Origin: Chloroflexota bacterium
Lineage (GTDB): Bacteria; Chloroflexota; Limnocylindria; Limnocylindrales; CSP1-4
Reading direction: 5' to 3'
Length of the DNA stretch: 50,807 bases
NCBI GenBank assembly: GCA_003250155.1
Contig: QKHE01000006.1
Location: 1 to 50,807 of the forward strand
The notes beneath the pieces are model-generated. The model saw only the letters and a program-made list of their open reading frames with translations, was not told the DNA's origin and did not search any database. The position numbers and the translations under genes are program-made. Positions 32,683 to 41,854 of this stretch are shown in pieces; position 1 is the stretch's first letter; each line of letters begins with the position of its first letter.

Positions 32683-34920
32683 TCAGGGCTTGGGCGTCGA
32701 CGATGCGGGCGCCTCGCTGTCGCTCGGCTCGGGGCTCGGCGAGCCCGCCGGCGCGCTCGTGAGCGCCTCGAGCGTCGAGCGATGGAGGCCCGTCGCGCTG
32801 AGCCACACGATGGCGTCGGGGTCGTCCGCCACGCCCGCCTCGACGTACCAGTCGATGAGGCCGGCCCAGGCCTCGGACCCGTCGGCGAGGCGGTACTGCT
32901 CGAGATACGTGCCGTTCGCCTTGTTCAACGCGATGACCCGCTGGTTGGCCGCGTCGAAGCCGTACACCACGCCCTCCCGCCGGTCGCTGCCGGACGCGAT
33001 GAGGCTGTACTCGGGCGGCGCGCGGAGGATCTCGTCTCCCGGGCTCTCGGCCGTCCAGCCCTCGCTGCGGCCGAGCACCAGGCGCAGGATCTCGCCGCCG
33101 TCGACGACCCAGATATCGCCGTCGATGTAGAGCGAGCGGAAGTCGCTGACGTCGCGGGTCGTGGCGAGGACGCCCGTCGGGGCCGCCGGGAAGCCGCTGC
33201 CGTCGGCGGCCGGCGAGTAGCGCAGGATCTGCTCGGCCGATGGGTCGACGACGTACAGGTTGTAGAGGCCGGCCTCGGCGTTCCGGACGAACGTCCCGAT
33301 GCCGACGATGTCGTCGCCCCACTCCGCCGAGCCGGTGACGTTGACCCGCGTGATCGTGCCCTTGCCCTCGCTGTTCGCGGGCCGCCAGCGCCACACGACG
33401 TTCTTGGCGTCGACCATGATCAGGTCGCGCGCGCCGACCGCGATGAGCCGGGGCGCGGCCTGGGTCGCTCCCCTGGCCTTGTTGCCCTCGCGGAAGATGG
33501 CTGTCGCCTTCTCGCCCGCGACGTCGATGCGGTAGACCGACGCGGTCTGGGGATCGAGCACGAACGGCGCGCCATCCGGCCCGCGGGCGAGCGCCGTAAG
33601 CGCGACCGCCGGGTCGTCGGGGAACTGGAAGATCGGGCTCGAGCCGACCTCGATCACCCCGTACAGCCGATCCAGCGCCGCGACGATCTGGTTCCGCAGC
33701 GGAATCGTGGTCGAGGCCGGGATCCCGGCACCCCGTGCGCGGTCGACCTGCTCGAGGCCGTCGGTCAGCAGCTCCTCCGCCCGCCGGCGGTCCGTCTCGA
33801 CGAGGTCGATGCCCGGTCCGATGACGCGTCGGTAGTCCGCCCGCGCCTGCTCGAGCGCCTGCTGGCCGACGTCGATCGAGGCGATGACCTCGTCGGGCGG
33901 CTGGCGCCCGCCGAGCGCGAAGACGGCGGCGCCGAGGCCGCCCACGACGACGACCAGCGCGAGGACCGCGACCGCGGCTCGCCGCTGGGTTTCCCGGCGG
34001 GCGCTGAGCGGGGTCACGCGCCGCGACGGCACGCGCCGCATCGGCAGCGCGTCCTGGATCCGCAGGAGCAGGCGCCCGAGCGCCGTGCCGGCAGCGAGGC
34101 GGGCCCAGCGGCCGGCCGACTGGGCGGCCGCGAAGCCGCCCGCGACGGAGTCCGCCAGCGGAATCGGCGAGCGGTCGGGTGCACCGGCCAGCGGCTCGGC
34201 CGGCCGCACCGGAACAGGCGTGACCCCGGCGCGCGCGACCGAGACCTCGGCCGCCTCGACGACGAGCATGCCGTCGCTGCCTCGCCCGCCGGCCGAGGCG
34301 AACTGACGACCGAGCTGCTCGACCGCGGACTGCGGATGGAGCTGCAGCAGCGCGTCCTTGAGCGCGTCCGGCCCGAGGGCCGCCGTGACGTTCGGCGAGA
34401 TGAGCATCAGCTGGTCGCCGACGTTGATCTCGCCGCGCCAGACATCCGGGTCGACGTCCTCGGACGGCAGCCCGCGGTCGCGGTGCGGATCCGGGAGCGT
34501 CGACAGTCGCGCGCCGCGGTTGAGGTACGCCTCGGCCGGTCCGACCGTGCAGACGTAGAGCTCGTTGTCGCGGACGACCGCCATGCCGACACCGATCGGC
34601 CCCGCGGCGACGCCGAGCGCACCTCGCTCCCGGGCGTGGGTCAGCCGCTTGTTCGCGGCCTGGATGGCCTTCGTCAGGCAGACGCGGATCCCGGCCGACT
34701 CGTCGTAGTAGTACTCGCTCCGGATCGAGTCGGCGACGAGGCGGGTCGCGTCCCGCGCCCGGGTGCCGGACACGCGCGAGGTGACGAGCAGGTAGAGGTG
34801 GCCCTTGGTCCGGGTCTGCGCGCCGACGCGCGGCTCCACGTGGAGCACGGTGTCGGGCGAGTCGGACGTGCGCTCGGGCTCGGGTACGACGCCGAGCTGC
34901 ATCTGGATTCGATGGGCCAC
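32683..34920 (-). CDS. Single-pass membrane protein with a degenerate PP2C/SpoIIE-like N-terminal domain, one TM segment, and a large extracytoplasmic beta-propeller-like repeat domain.
   Basis: The N-terminus follows PP2C block order but the metal-binding Asp positions are replaced: LLVTSRVSG where PP2C has DGMGG, VGPAEAYL where it has GDSR.YL, LISPNV where it has SDGL, and GSDGMLVVEA where it has DN.T. The TM segment is AVAVLALVVVVGGLGAAVFAL. The C-terminus has repeated strand-rich units and a Ser/Pro tail. This call is by eye only. Confidence 0.55.
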   Translation of the reverse strand: MAHRIQMQLGVVPEPERTSDSPDTVLHVEPRVGAQTRTKGHLYLLVTSRVSGTRARDATRLVADSIRSEYYYDESAGIRVCLTKAIQAANKRLTHARERGALGVAAGPIGVGMAVVRDNELYVCTVGPAEAYLNRGARLSTLPDPHRDRGLPSEDVDPDVWRGEINVGDQLMLISPNVTAALGPDALKDALLQLHPQSAVEQLGRQFASAGGRGSDGMLVVEAAEVSVARAGVTPVPVRPAEPLAGAPDRSPIPLADSVAGGFAAAQSAGRWARLAAGTALGRLLLRIQDALPMRRVPSRRVTPLSARRETQRRAAVAVLALVVVVGGLGAAVFALGGRQPPDEVIASIDVGQQALEQARADYRRVIGPGIDLVETDRRRAEELLTDGLEQVDRARGAGIPASTTIPLRNQIVAALDRLYGVIEVGSSPIFQFPDDPAVALTALARGPDGAPFVLDPQTASVYRIDVAGEKATAIFREGNKARGATQAAPRLIAVGARDLIMVDAKNVVWRWRPANSEGKGTITRVNVTGSAEWGDDIVGIGTFVRNAEAGLYNLYVVDPSAEQILRYSPAADGSGFPAAPTGVLATTRDVSDFRSLYIDGDIWVVDGGEILRLVLGRSEGWTAESPGDEILRAPPEYSLIASGSDRREGVVYGFDAANQRVIALNKANGTYLEQYRLADGSEAWAGLIDWYVEAGVADDPDAIVWLSATGLHRSTLEALTSAPAGSPSPEPSDSEAPASSTPKP

Positions 34921-34959
34921 TGAGTCCCCTCTGGCCAGGCTCCTGGGTCGGGTCGGCGA

Positions 34960-35325
34960 TTATCGCATGGGTCTCTGATCGGACTGCGGATGGCGCCGCA
35001 CCGTGACGCGGAGCCCCGAGATCCTGCGACCTGCGGGTGCCGCACCGAACGCGGCGGCCAGCGCGGAGGCGTTGAGCCGGAGCTCCTGCGCCACGATCGG
35101 AGCGTCCGCCTCGACGACCAGCAGGTCGCCCTCGCCGCCAGCCTCGATCCCGATCGCCCGGCAGGCGCCGTGCGCCGCCGGCGCGAGCTCGGCGACGATC
35201 GCATCGAATGTCGCCGCGGCGCGCGCTCGGCGGAGCTCGTCCTCGAGGCCGAGCCGGGCCGCGGCGCCGGGAATGAGCTCGCCGATGCGGGACATCGGGC
35301 GCCGGCGGCGCGGTTCGTCGCTCAC
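34960..35325 (-). CDS. DUF721 / DciA-like protein, the conserved small gene that follows recF.
   Basis: Its position immediately downstream of recF is typical. The sequence (LEDELRRARAAATFDAIV...LLVVEADAPIVAQELRLNASALAAAF) looks DUF721-like. A GTG at 35325 overlaps the recF stop (GTGA). An ATG at 35295 is the alternative start. Confidence 0.65.
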   Translation of the reverse strand: MSDEPRRRRPMSRIGELIPGAAARLGLEDELRRARAAATFDAIVAELAPAAHGACRAIGIEAGGEGDLLVVEADAPIVAQELRLNASALAAAFGAAPAGRRISGLRVTVRRHPQSDQRPMR

Positions 35326-36509
35326 GCCGTCGCCTCGACGAGCCGCGCGCCGACCGGCCGCCCGGCAGCCGTCGGACCCGTGTCCGCCGCCCCACCCGTG
35401 TCGCCCGGGACGACCTGCCACGACGTCGCGGCGGCGACCAGCGCCGGGTCGAGGTCGTCGGGCGTCGTCGTCGTGACGAACGCCTGGGGCAGCGCCGCGA
35501 TGCGCCGGACCAGGTGGCCCCGCCGCGTCGGGTCGAGCTCGGAGAAGACGTCGTCCAGCAGCAGCAGGGGCGGCCGCTCGTCGACCCGCGAGAGCAGGTC
35601 CAGCTCGGCCAGCTTGAGCGCCAGGATCGCCGTCCGCTGCTGGCCGCGCGAGGCGAAGTCGGCGAGGTCCCGGCCGGCCATCCGGAAGGCGACGTCGTCG
35701 CGGTGCGGCCCGATCAGCGTCGTGCCGTTCCAGGCCTCCTTCTCGGCGGTCTCGGCGAGGCGCCGCGCCAGCGCGTCGCGAACCGGCTCTCCCGGTCCGG
35801 CCGGAGCATTCGTGACGTACTCGAGCCGCAGCGGTCCGGCGGCCTGCTCGTCGGGCGCGATCTCGATGTGGGCCGCCGCGAGCGGCTCGTCGAGCTTCGC
35901 CAGCAGGGCCAAACGAGCCGTCACGACCGCCGCCCCGGCATCGAGGAACGGCTTGTCCCAGTAGCGCAGCTCGTCGCGCGACGCCGTCTCCTCGCGGATC
36001 GCCCGGAGCAGCCCGTTGCGCTGCTGGAGCGCGCGGCCGTAGCTCGACAGGTGCGCGCCATAGCCGGGCAACGCCGCGGCGGCGAGCTGGTCGACGGCGG
36101 CGCGCCGGAGACCGGGTGCGCCCACGACCAGGAGCATGTCCTCGGGCGCGAACAGCACGACTCGCAGCCGCTCGCCGAGGCCCGACGCCCGGCGCGCGAC
36201 GCCGTTGACGCGGATCCGCTTGCGTCCGCCTTCCGCCGCGGCCTCGGATCCGGGCCGGACCAGCGCCACCTCCAGCGCGTCGTCACCGACGCGGCCCGCG
36301 ACGCGGGCGACGTCGGCGCCCCAGCGGATGAGCTCACCATCGGCGCCGGCGCGGTGGGAGCTGCCCCTGGCCAGGACGACGATCGCCTCGAGCAGGCTCG
36401 TCTTGCCGGCCGCGTTCGGGCCCCAGATCAGCTGCGGGCCGTCGCCGAACCGGGCTGCCAGCTCGTCATACGCCCGGAAACCGGCGAGATCGAGCGCCTC
36501 CAGCCGCAC
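35322..36509 (-). CDS. recF: DNA replication and repair protein RecF
   Basis: MRLEALDLAGFRAYDEL...IWGPNAAGKTSLLEAIVVLARGSSHR (Walker A), ASRGQQRTAILALKLAE (signature), and LLLLDDVFSELD (Walker B). Confidence 0.95.
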   Translation of the reverse strand: MRLEALDLAGFRAYDELAARFGDGPQLIWGPNAAGKTSLLEAIVVLARGSSHRAGADGELIRWGADVARVAGRVGDDALEVALVRPGSEAAAEGGRKRIRVNGVARRASGLGERLRVVLFAPEDMLLVVGAPGLRRAAVDQLAAAALPGYGAHLSSYGRALQQRNGLLRAIREETASRDELRYWDKPFLDAGAAVVTARLALLAKLDEPLAAAHIEIAPDEQAAGPLRLEYVTNAPAGPGEPVRDALARRLAETAEKEAWNGTTLIGPHRDDVAFRMAGRDLADFASRGQQRTAILALKLAELDLLSRVDERPPLLLLDDVFSELDPTRRGHLVRRIAALPQAFVTTTTPDDLDPALVAAATSWQVVPGDTGGAADTGPTAAGRPVGARLVEATA

Positions 36510-36540
36510 CCCGTCGTGCCGTCCCGCCGCTGCGCCGCCG

Positions 36541-37659
36541 CTACGACGTCGTCCGAACGGGCATCACGACGTGCACGTACTGGTCGTCGCCGACCGGCTT
36601 GAAGACGCCGGGCGCCAGCGGGCCCTGGAGCTCCAGCGCGAACTGCTCGGCAGCGACGTTGGTGAGCACGTCGGCGAGGTACTTGGCGTTGAACGCGATC
36701 GATGTCCCGTCGCCCTCGACGCTCGCCTCGACCTGGCCGACGTGATCACCGACCTCGGCGTTGGCACTGACCGTGATGCCGGCCTCGCCGTCGGCGCCGA
36801 TCTGGAGCTTCACGATGTTCGCCGATTCGTGGGCGATCAGGGCCGCCGGGCGGACCGCCCGCAGCAGCTCCTCGCGATCGAGGATGGCTCGCGTCGTGTG
36901 GGCCTTCGGCAGCACCGACTGGTAGTTCGGGAACTGGCCGTCGATCAGGCGGCTCACGAGGTCGATGCCCTCGACGTGGAACATGACCTGGTTGCGGCCC
37001 TGGGCGAGCACGACGTCGACCGGGTCGTCGGTGTCGCCGAGGATCCGCGCCAGCTCGTTGAGGGCCCGCGCCGGGATGACGACGCTCACGTCCGAGACCG
37101 CGTCGAGGATCGGGATGGTCTTGACCGCGATCCGGTAGTTGTCGGCCGCGGCGAGCGTCATCGTGTCGCCCTCGAAGCGGCACAGCACGCCGGTCAGGAT
37201 CGGCCGGGCCTCGTCGGTGGCTGCCGCGAAGGCCGTCTCGTCGAGGGCTCGCTTCAGGACGTTCTGGGCGATCCGCGTCGTCGGCCGCTCGCCGACCACC
37301 TGGATCGACGGGAACTCGTCGGCATCAATGCCCTTGACGTGCGATTCGAAGCGGCCGGACGTCAGGTGGAGCGTCTCGCCGGCGCCCGTCTCGAGATCGA
37401 TCCGGTCGCCACCGCCGAGCGAGCCGACGAGGTCGGTCAGCAGCTTGGCCGGGACGGTCGTCGCGCCGTCGGTCTCGATCTTGCCCGGGACCCAATAGAC
37501 CAGGCCGATCTCGAGGTTCGTCGTGGTCAGGCGCAGGCCGCCGTCCTCGGTCTTGAGCAGGACGTTCGCCAGCACTGGCAGCGTGCTCCGCGCCGACACG
37601 GCCCGGCTGACGACGGACAGGCCGCGGGCCAGGTTCTCCTGCATGACCGAGAGCTTCAC
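36541..37659 (-). CDS. dnaN: DNA polymerase III beta sliding clamp
   Basis: GTG start. MKLSVMQENLARGLSVVSRAVSARSTLPVLANVLLKTEDGGLRLTTTNLEIG is the typical DnaN N-terminus. It is 372 aa and lies between dnaA and recF. Confidence 0.95.
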   Translation of the reverse strand: MKLSVMQENLARGLSVVSRAVSARSTLPVLANVLLKTEDGGLRLTTTNLEIGLVYWVPGKIETDGATTVPAKLLTDLVGSLGGGDRIDLETGAGETLHLTSGRFESHVKGIDADEFPSIQVVGERPTTRIAQNVLKRALDETAFAAATDEARPILTGVLCRFEGDTMTLAAADNYRIAVKTIPILDAVSDVSVVIPARALNELARILGDTDDPVDVVLAQGRNQVMFHVEGIDLVSRLIDGQFPNYQSVLPKAHTTRAILDREELLRAVRPAALIAHESANIVKLQIGADGEAGITVSANAEVGDHVGQVEASVEGDGTSIAFNAKYLADVLTNVAAEQFALELQGPLAPGVFKPVGDDQYVHVVMPVRTTS

Positions 37660-37759
37660 GTCACGTCACTCCACAAGCGCGGCAGCGGGCATTGGTTACG
37701 GGCAGCTCGCATGTCCGCGGCGCGATGGCCGCAGGCCGCCGCGGAGCCCTCCGGGTAGG

Positions 37760-38005
37760 TGTGTGTATCTTCGCCCATTCTCATAGGTCCGTCATCATCG
37801 TCATAACGCTGTGGACGCGGTGGACGGGCCCGCTCGCCCCCGTTCAGACCGGTCGTGGACGTGCCGCCGCAAATCGTGGACGAGACCGAAGTCACCCGGG
37901 ACGAGCGGTGGGCGGATCGGTGGACAGCGCGGATCCTCCGGGGTCCGCGAGACGGTTCATGGTGCCGGCGATCCACGATCGTCCAGTGGCTTATCCGACA
38001 CGGCA
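37760..38005. other. Candidate chromosomal replication origin (oriC) in the dnaA-dnaN intergenic region.
   Basis: The intergenic gap is 399 bp (37660-38058). It has five same-orientation GTGGAC cores at 37810-37816 (TGTGGAC), 37820-37825, 37855-37860, 37876-37881 and 37920-37926 (GTGGACA). These match the complement of the high-GC DnaA box TTGTCCACA. ATCCAC at 37969-37974 and TTATCCGACA at 37991-38000 are in the opposite orientation. A locally AT-enriched stretch at 37760-37808 (gtgtgtatcttcgcccattctcataggtccgtcatcatcgtcataacg) is a possible unwinding element. Confidence 0.65.
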
Positions 38006-38058
38006 TCCCCAGCGCGCGAGACGGCATGGTCGCCAGCGTCACCGGCGACGGGGCGCGA

Positions 38059-39465
38059 TCAGTCGGCGTAGATCAGCTCGCGGACGGCCGCGATCTCGCG
38101 CCGCAGCTCGTCGTTGCCGGCGGATTCGCGACCGATCTTGTCGCACGCGTGGAGAACCGTCGAGTGATCCCGGCCGCCGAGCTCGGCGCCGATCCGCAGG
38201 AGCGACACGTCGGTCTCCTCGCGCATCAGGAACATCGCGATCTGGCGCGGCACGACGATCGCCTTGTCGCGCTTCTGGCCGCGCAGCGCGTCGAGCCCGA
38301 CGCCGTAGTACTCGGACACCGCCTTGGCGATCCGCTCGGGCGTGATCTGGCGCTTCTTGGGGTTGTACAGGACGTTCGACAGGACGGCCTGGGCGAGCTC
38401 GATCGAGATCGGCATCGCGCCCATCGAGGCGTAGGCGACGATCCGGTTGAGGGCCCCCTCGAGCTCCCGGATGTTGCTGACGACCTTTCGCGCGATGAAC
38501 TCGATGACGTCGGAGCTGATCGGGACCGCGCCCTCCTCGGCCTTGGCTCGAAGGATCGCGATGCGGGTCTCGAGGTCGGGCGCCGTCAGGTCGGCGATGA
38601 GGCCCCATTCGAAGCGCGAGCGGAGCCGCTCCTCGAGCGTCAGGATTGCCTTCGGCGGCCGATCCGAGGACAGGACGATCTGCTTGCCGTCCTCGTGGAT
38701 CGCGTTGAAGGTGTGGAAGAACTCCTCCTGGGTCCGCTCCTTGTCGGCGATGAACTGGATGTCGTCGATGAGCAGCAGGTCGATCCGCCGGTAGCGCGCC
38801 CGGAACTCGTCGATCTTGCCCTGCTGGATCGAGGTGATGAACTCGTTGGTGAACTTCTCCGAGGTGGCGTAGACGACGCGCTTGCGGGGGAACTTGGCGA
38901 TGACCTGGTTGCCGATGGCGTGCATCAGGTGGGTCTTGCCAAGGCCCACGCCGCCGTACAGGAACAGCGGGTTGTAGGCGTGGCCGGGCCGCTCCGCGAC
39001 CGACAGCGACGCCGCGTGCGCCAGCCGGTTGGCCGAGCCGACGATGAAGTTCGCGAACGTGTACCGCGGGTTGATGTTGGACGCGCCGCCCTCCCCGCCG
39101 ACCCGGCCGGGCTCGACCCGGACCTGGGGCGACGATGTCGTCGGCTGCCGTTGCGCCGTCGCGTCGGCATCGCTCGCCTGCGCTTCCGGCGCGGTGCCGC
39201 TGCCGTTCGACGCATCGTCGGTCGGAGCCACGACGAAGTCGACCTGGACGGCGTAGCCGACGATGCGGGCCAGCGTCTGCGAGATCAGCGAGCGGTAGCG
39301 GCTGTCAAGCCAGTCCTTGGCGAAGCCGTTGGGGACCGAGATCCGAAAGCGTGTGTCGTCGACCTCGACGAGTGCCGTGTCTCGAAGCCAGGTCTCGAAA
39401 TTGGCGGGCGAGAGGGACACCTGCAGCTCACCGAGAGCCGCGCGCCAGACCTGCTTCGCGTCCAT
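38059..39465 (-). CDS. dnaA: Chromosomal replication initiator protein DnaA
   Basis: I chose the start at MDAKQVWRAALGELQ (39465). Motifs seen: AAA+ Walker A LFLYGGVGLGKTHLMHAIGN, LLIDDIQF, and the domain IV block IAMFLMREETDVSLLRIGAELGGRDHSTVLHACDKI. The 708-aa track ORF is an upstream shadow extension. Confidence 0.95.
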   Translation of the reverse strand: MDAKQVWRAALGELQVSLSPANFETWLRDTALVEVDDTRFRISVPNGFAKDWLDSRYRSLISQTLARIVGYAVQVDFVVAPTDDASNGSGTAPEAQASDADATAQRQPTTSSPQVRVEPGRVGGEGGASNINPRYTFANFIVGSANRLAHAASLSVAERPGHAYNPLFLYGGVGLGKTHLMHAIGNQVIAKFPRKRVVYATSEKFTNEFITSIQQGKIDEFRARYRRIDLLLIDDIQFIADKERTQEEFFHTFNAIHEDGKQIVLSSDRPPKAILTLEERLRSRFEWGLIADLTAPDLETRIAILRAKAEEGAVPISSDVIEFIARKVVSNIRELEGALNRIVAYASMGAMPISIELAQAVLSNVLYNPKKRQITPERIAKAVSEYYGVGLDALRGQKRDKAIVVPRQIAMFLMREETDVSLLRIGAELGGRDHSTVLHACDKIGRESAGNDELRREIAAVRELIYAD

Positions 39466-39640
39466 GCTCGATCTGGGTTCTCCGCTGCCGGTTGGGGGCT
39501 GGGTTGGACTCGGCGGGATCGAAATTCGGTCTCGGTCCGACGGCTTCGGCTGGCTCGGGACGGACGAGCGGGGACCCGTCGCCTGGGTCGTCGGGTGGCG
39601 AAAGGTAGCACCGCGGGGAGGGCCCCGCAAGGTGAATCCG

Positions 39641-39661
39641 CGATACTCCCCAGGAGTATCG
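39641..39661. promoter_or_regulatory. Perfect 9-3-9 palindrome in the dnaA/rpmH divergent intergenic region; function unknown.
   Basis: CGATACTCC-CCA-GGAGTATCG, read directly from the sequence. It lies 176 nt upstream of the dnaA start on the dnaA side. Confidence 0.4.
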
Positions 39662-39711
39662 GCCGCCCGCTCCCGTTCGGCGGCGCAGGGGCAGCTGGGC
39701 GACGGCCACGT

Positions 39712-39741
39712 TTGACGCGCGATCGCGCGCGGACCTATGAT
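39712..39741 (+). promoter_or_regulatory. Candidate sigma-70-type promoter for the rpmH operon.
   Basis: TTGACG (39712-39717), an 18-nt spacer, then TATGAT (39736-39741), about 120 nt upstream of the rpmH ATG. The spacer contains the palindrome GCGCGATCGCGC. Confidence 0.35.
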
Positions 39742-39860
39742 CCGCCGGACGATGAACGCGCCACGCCCTTGATCCGGGCGCCCGGCGCGTTTGCGTGCCT
39801 TCTGGGGTCGAAGACGGACGGAACCCCGAGGCCGAATGAAGAGGATCCCGGTCAAGCCCG

Positions 39861-39998
39861 ATGACGAAGCGAACCTACCAGCCCAAGAAGCGCCATCGCG
39901 CCAGGGAGCATGGCTTCCGCGCCCGCATGAAGACGGCGGGCGGGCGACGCGTACTGGCCGCGCGGCGGGCCCGCGGTCGCAAACGCCTGACGGCCTGA
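39861..39998 (+). CDS. rpmH: 50S ribosomal protein L34
   Basis: It is absent from the ORF track because it is below the size cutoff. My translation is [45 protein letters not shown], a canonical L34. It lies upstream of rnpA. Confidence 0.95.
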   Translation: MTKRTYQPKKRHRAREHGFRARMKTAGGRRVLAARRARGRKRLTA

Positions 39999-40030
39999 CG
40001 ACCGGACGCGGCCCCCGGCCGCGGCTGGTG

Positions 40031-40363
40031 ATGCTCGTTCGTCCGCGAGACTTCGAGGCGCTCCAGGAGCGCGGGGCGATTCGCTCCAATGCCCTGCTCG
40101 CCGCGAGGACCCTGCGGACAGGGCACCGGACCACTCGCTTCGGCCTGGCGACCGGACGGACGCTCGGCTCGGCCGTGGTTCGCAACCGCGTCCGCCGACG
40201 GCTGCGGGAGGCAATCCGGTCGATGCTGCCGTCGCTGCGACCGGGGTGGGACGTGCTGCTGATCGCCCGACCGGCGGTCGTGGGGGCGGATCACCTGGCG
40301 GTGACACAGGCGCTGCGGCGCCTCCTGGCCAAGGGAGGCGTCCTGGACGAGGAGGTCCGGTGA
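40031..40363 (+). CDS. rnpA: Ribonuclease P protein component
   Basis: [37 protein letters not shown] is the RnpA RNR motif region. I placed the start at ATG 40031, after the rpmH stop. A GTG at 40028 is also possible. Confidence 0.85.
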   Translation: MLVRPRDFEALQERGAIRSNALLAARTLRTGHRTTRFGLATGRTLGSAVVRNRVRRRLREAIRSMLPSLRPGWDVLLIARPAVVGADHLAVTQALRRLLAKGGVLDEEVR

Positions 40364-40611
40364 CAGAGGTCGCGGAAGGCGGATCCGGCAGGCGTGCCGG
40401 CATCCTGGGCAGGATCGGGATCGCGATGATCCACGCCTACCGCTTCGTCTTCGCCTGGCTGCCGTCGGCCTGCCGCTATCAGCCGACCTGCTCGGTCTAC
40501 ACGGAGCAGGCCATCGAGCGCTACGGCCTCGTCCGGGGCTCGTGGATGGGCGCCAGGCGGATCGCCCGCTGTCATCCGGGGCATCCCGGTGGCTTCGATC
40601 CGGTCCGTTGA
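40360..40611 (+). CDS. yidD: Membrane protein insertion efficiency factor YidD
   Basis: Its GTG overlaps the rnpA stop (GTGA). The sequence [45 protein letters not shown] is the YidD signature. Confidence 0.9.
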   Translation: MTEVAEGGSGRRAGILGRIGIAMIHAYRFVFAWLPSACRYQPTCSVYTEQAIERYGLVRGSWMGARRIARCHPGHPGGFDPVR

Positions 40612-41854
40612 ACCGGGAGTCGCTCCGTTGATCGAGCGGCGTCGGCTGCTTCGGCTCGGCCTGGGCCTCGGCCTGCTGGCCGTCCTGGTCGTCGTTCTCG
40701 CGGCCTGCAACCCGATCCAGGTCAGCCCGTCGCCGGAAGCGACCGCGGTCGCGGGCGCCACGGCCACGCCGGCCACGCCGGCCCCGACCGCCTCGTCGAC
40801 CCCCGAACCGACGCCGTTCATCCTCCACCCCGCCGAGCTGAAGGCCGATCCGATCAGCGTCCTGGCCTGGCTCTTCACGCCGATCTACCAGGCCTTCCTG
40901 CTGCTCCTCGTGGGCATCGACCTCATCGTGCCGGACATCGGCATCGCGATCATCCTCACCACGATCGTCGTCCGGACCGTGATGGTCCCGCTGATGCGCC
41001 GGCAGATGGTCTCGATGCGGCAGATGCAGGCGATCGGCCCGGAGATCAAGGAGATCCAGCGCCGCTTCAAGAACGATCGGCTCAAGGCCCAGCAGGCCCA
41101 GGCGGCGCTGATGAAGGAGCGCGGCATCAGCCAGGCCGGCTGCCTCGTCGCGCTGCTGCCGCTGTTCCTGATCCTGCCGATGTACCAGGTCGTGCGCGAG
41201 GGCCTCACGGCGGCCGACATCACGCCGATGCTGACGATCTTCGGCTTCCAGGTCCTGCCGGTGACGTGCGATCCGGCATCACTCGGGCCGTGCCTCGACC
41301 CGCACATTCCGTGGCTCGGCGGGATCAACGCGGCCCACTTCGAGGGCATGATCCCACTGCCGTTCGAGCTGCCGATCCTCGGCGCCGGCATCTCGATGTT
41401 TGCGCTCGTCTACACCGTCATCCAGCTCGCGGCCTCGCGGTTGGCCCTGCCGGCACACACCCCCGGCGCGCAGCTCGACCAGAGCGCCCGGACGCAGCGG
41501 ACGATGGCGATTTGGCTTCCGTTCATCACCATCCTGTACGGCAGCGTCATCCCTGTCGGCGTCTTCATCTACCTCATCGTGTCCACGATCTACCAGGTCA
41601 TCCAGCAGTTCCTCACCACCGGCTGGGGCGGGATGTTCCCGCTTTTCGGCTGGACCCCCGGCTTCGCCGTGGACCACAAACCGCGCTTCCCGGTCGCCAT
41701 GCCACAGGCGCCCGCATCCACCGCTAGCCAACCGCGTCCGGCGGGAGCGCCGGCACGGCCCAAGCCTGAGCGATCGGCCCTTGACCGGAGCGCCTCTGCG
41801 GAATCGACGATCCGCCGGCGCGGTCGACAGGGTCGGCGTGGGAGACGTCGATGA
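40589..41854 (+). CDS. yidC: YidC/Oxa1-family membrane protein insertase. It may be lipid-anchored, since it has a LAAC lipobox-like motif.
   Basis: [64 protein letters not shown] is the conserved YidC core. The start is uncertain: the ATG at 40589 overlaps yidD by 23 nt, and a TTG near 40628 is an alternative. Confidence 0.88.
   Translation: MASIRSVEPGVAPLIERRRLLRLGLGLGLLAVLVVVLAACNPIQVSPSPEATAVAGATATPATPAPTASSTPEPTPFILHPAELKADPISVLAWLFTPIYQAFLLLLVGIDLIVPDIGIAIILTTIVVRTVMVPLMRRQMVSMRQMQAIGPEIKEIQRRFKNDRLKAQQAQAALMKERGISQAGCLVALLPLFLILPMYQVVREGLTAADITPMLTIFGFQVLPVTCDPASLGPCLDPHIPWLGGINAAHFEGMIPLPFELPILGAGISMFALVYTVIQLAASRLALPAHTPGAQLDQSARTQRTMAIWLPFITILYGSVIPVGVFIYLIVSTIYQVIQQFLTTGWGGMFPLFGWTPGFAVDHKPRFPVAMPQAPASTASQPRPAGAPARPKPERSALDRSASAESTIRRRGRQGRRGRRR

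Noticed and set aside
38059-40185. The 708-aa ORF suggesting a DnaA with a 240-aa N-terminal extension. Similar cases are the 404-aa ORF 31369-32583, the 499-aa ORF 43936-45435, the 984-aa ORF 2375-5329, the 699-aa ORF 18035-20134, the 1015-aa ORF 27523-30570 and the 343-aa ORF 15803-16834.
   Set aside because: The upstream portions are Arg/Pro/Gly-rich nonsense. They overlap neighbouring real genes or intergenic control regions. Internal starts coincide with conserved N-termini and with ATGA or GTGA coupling to the upstream gene.
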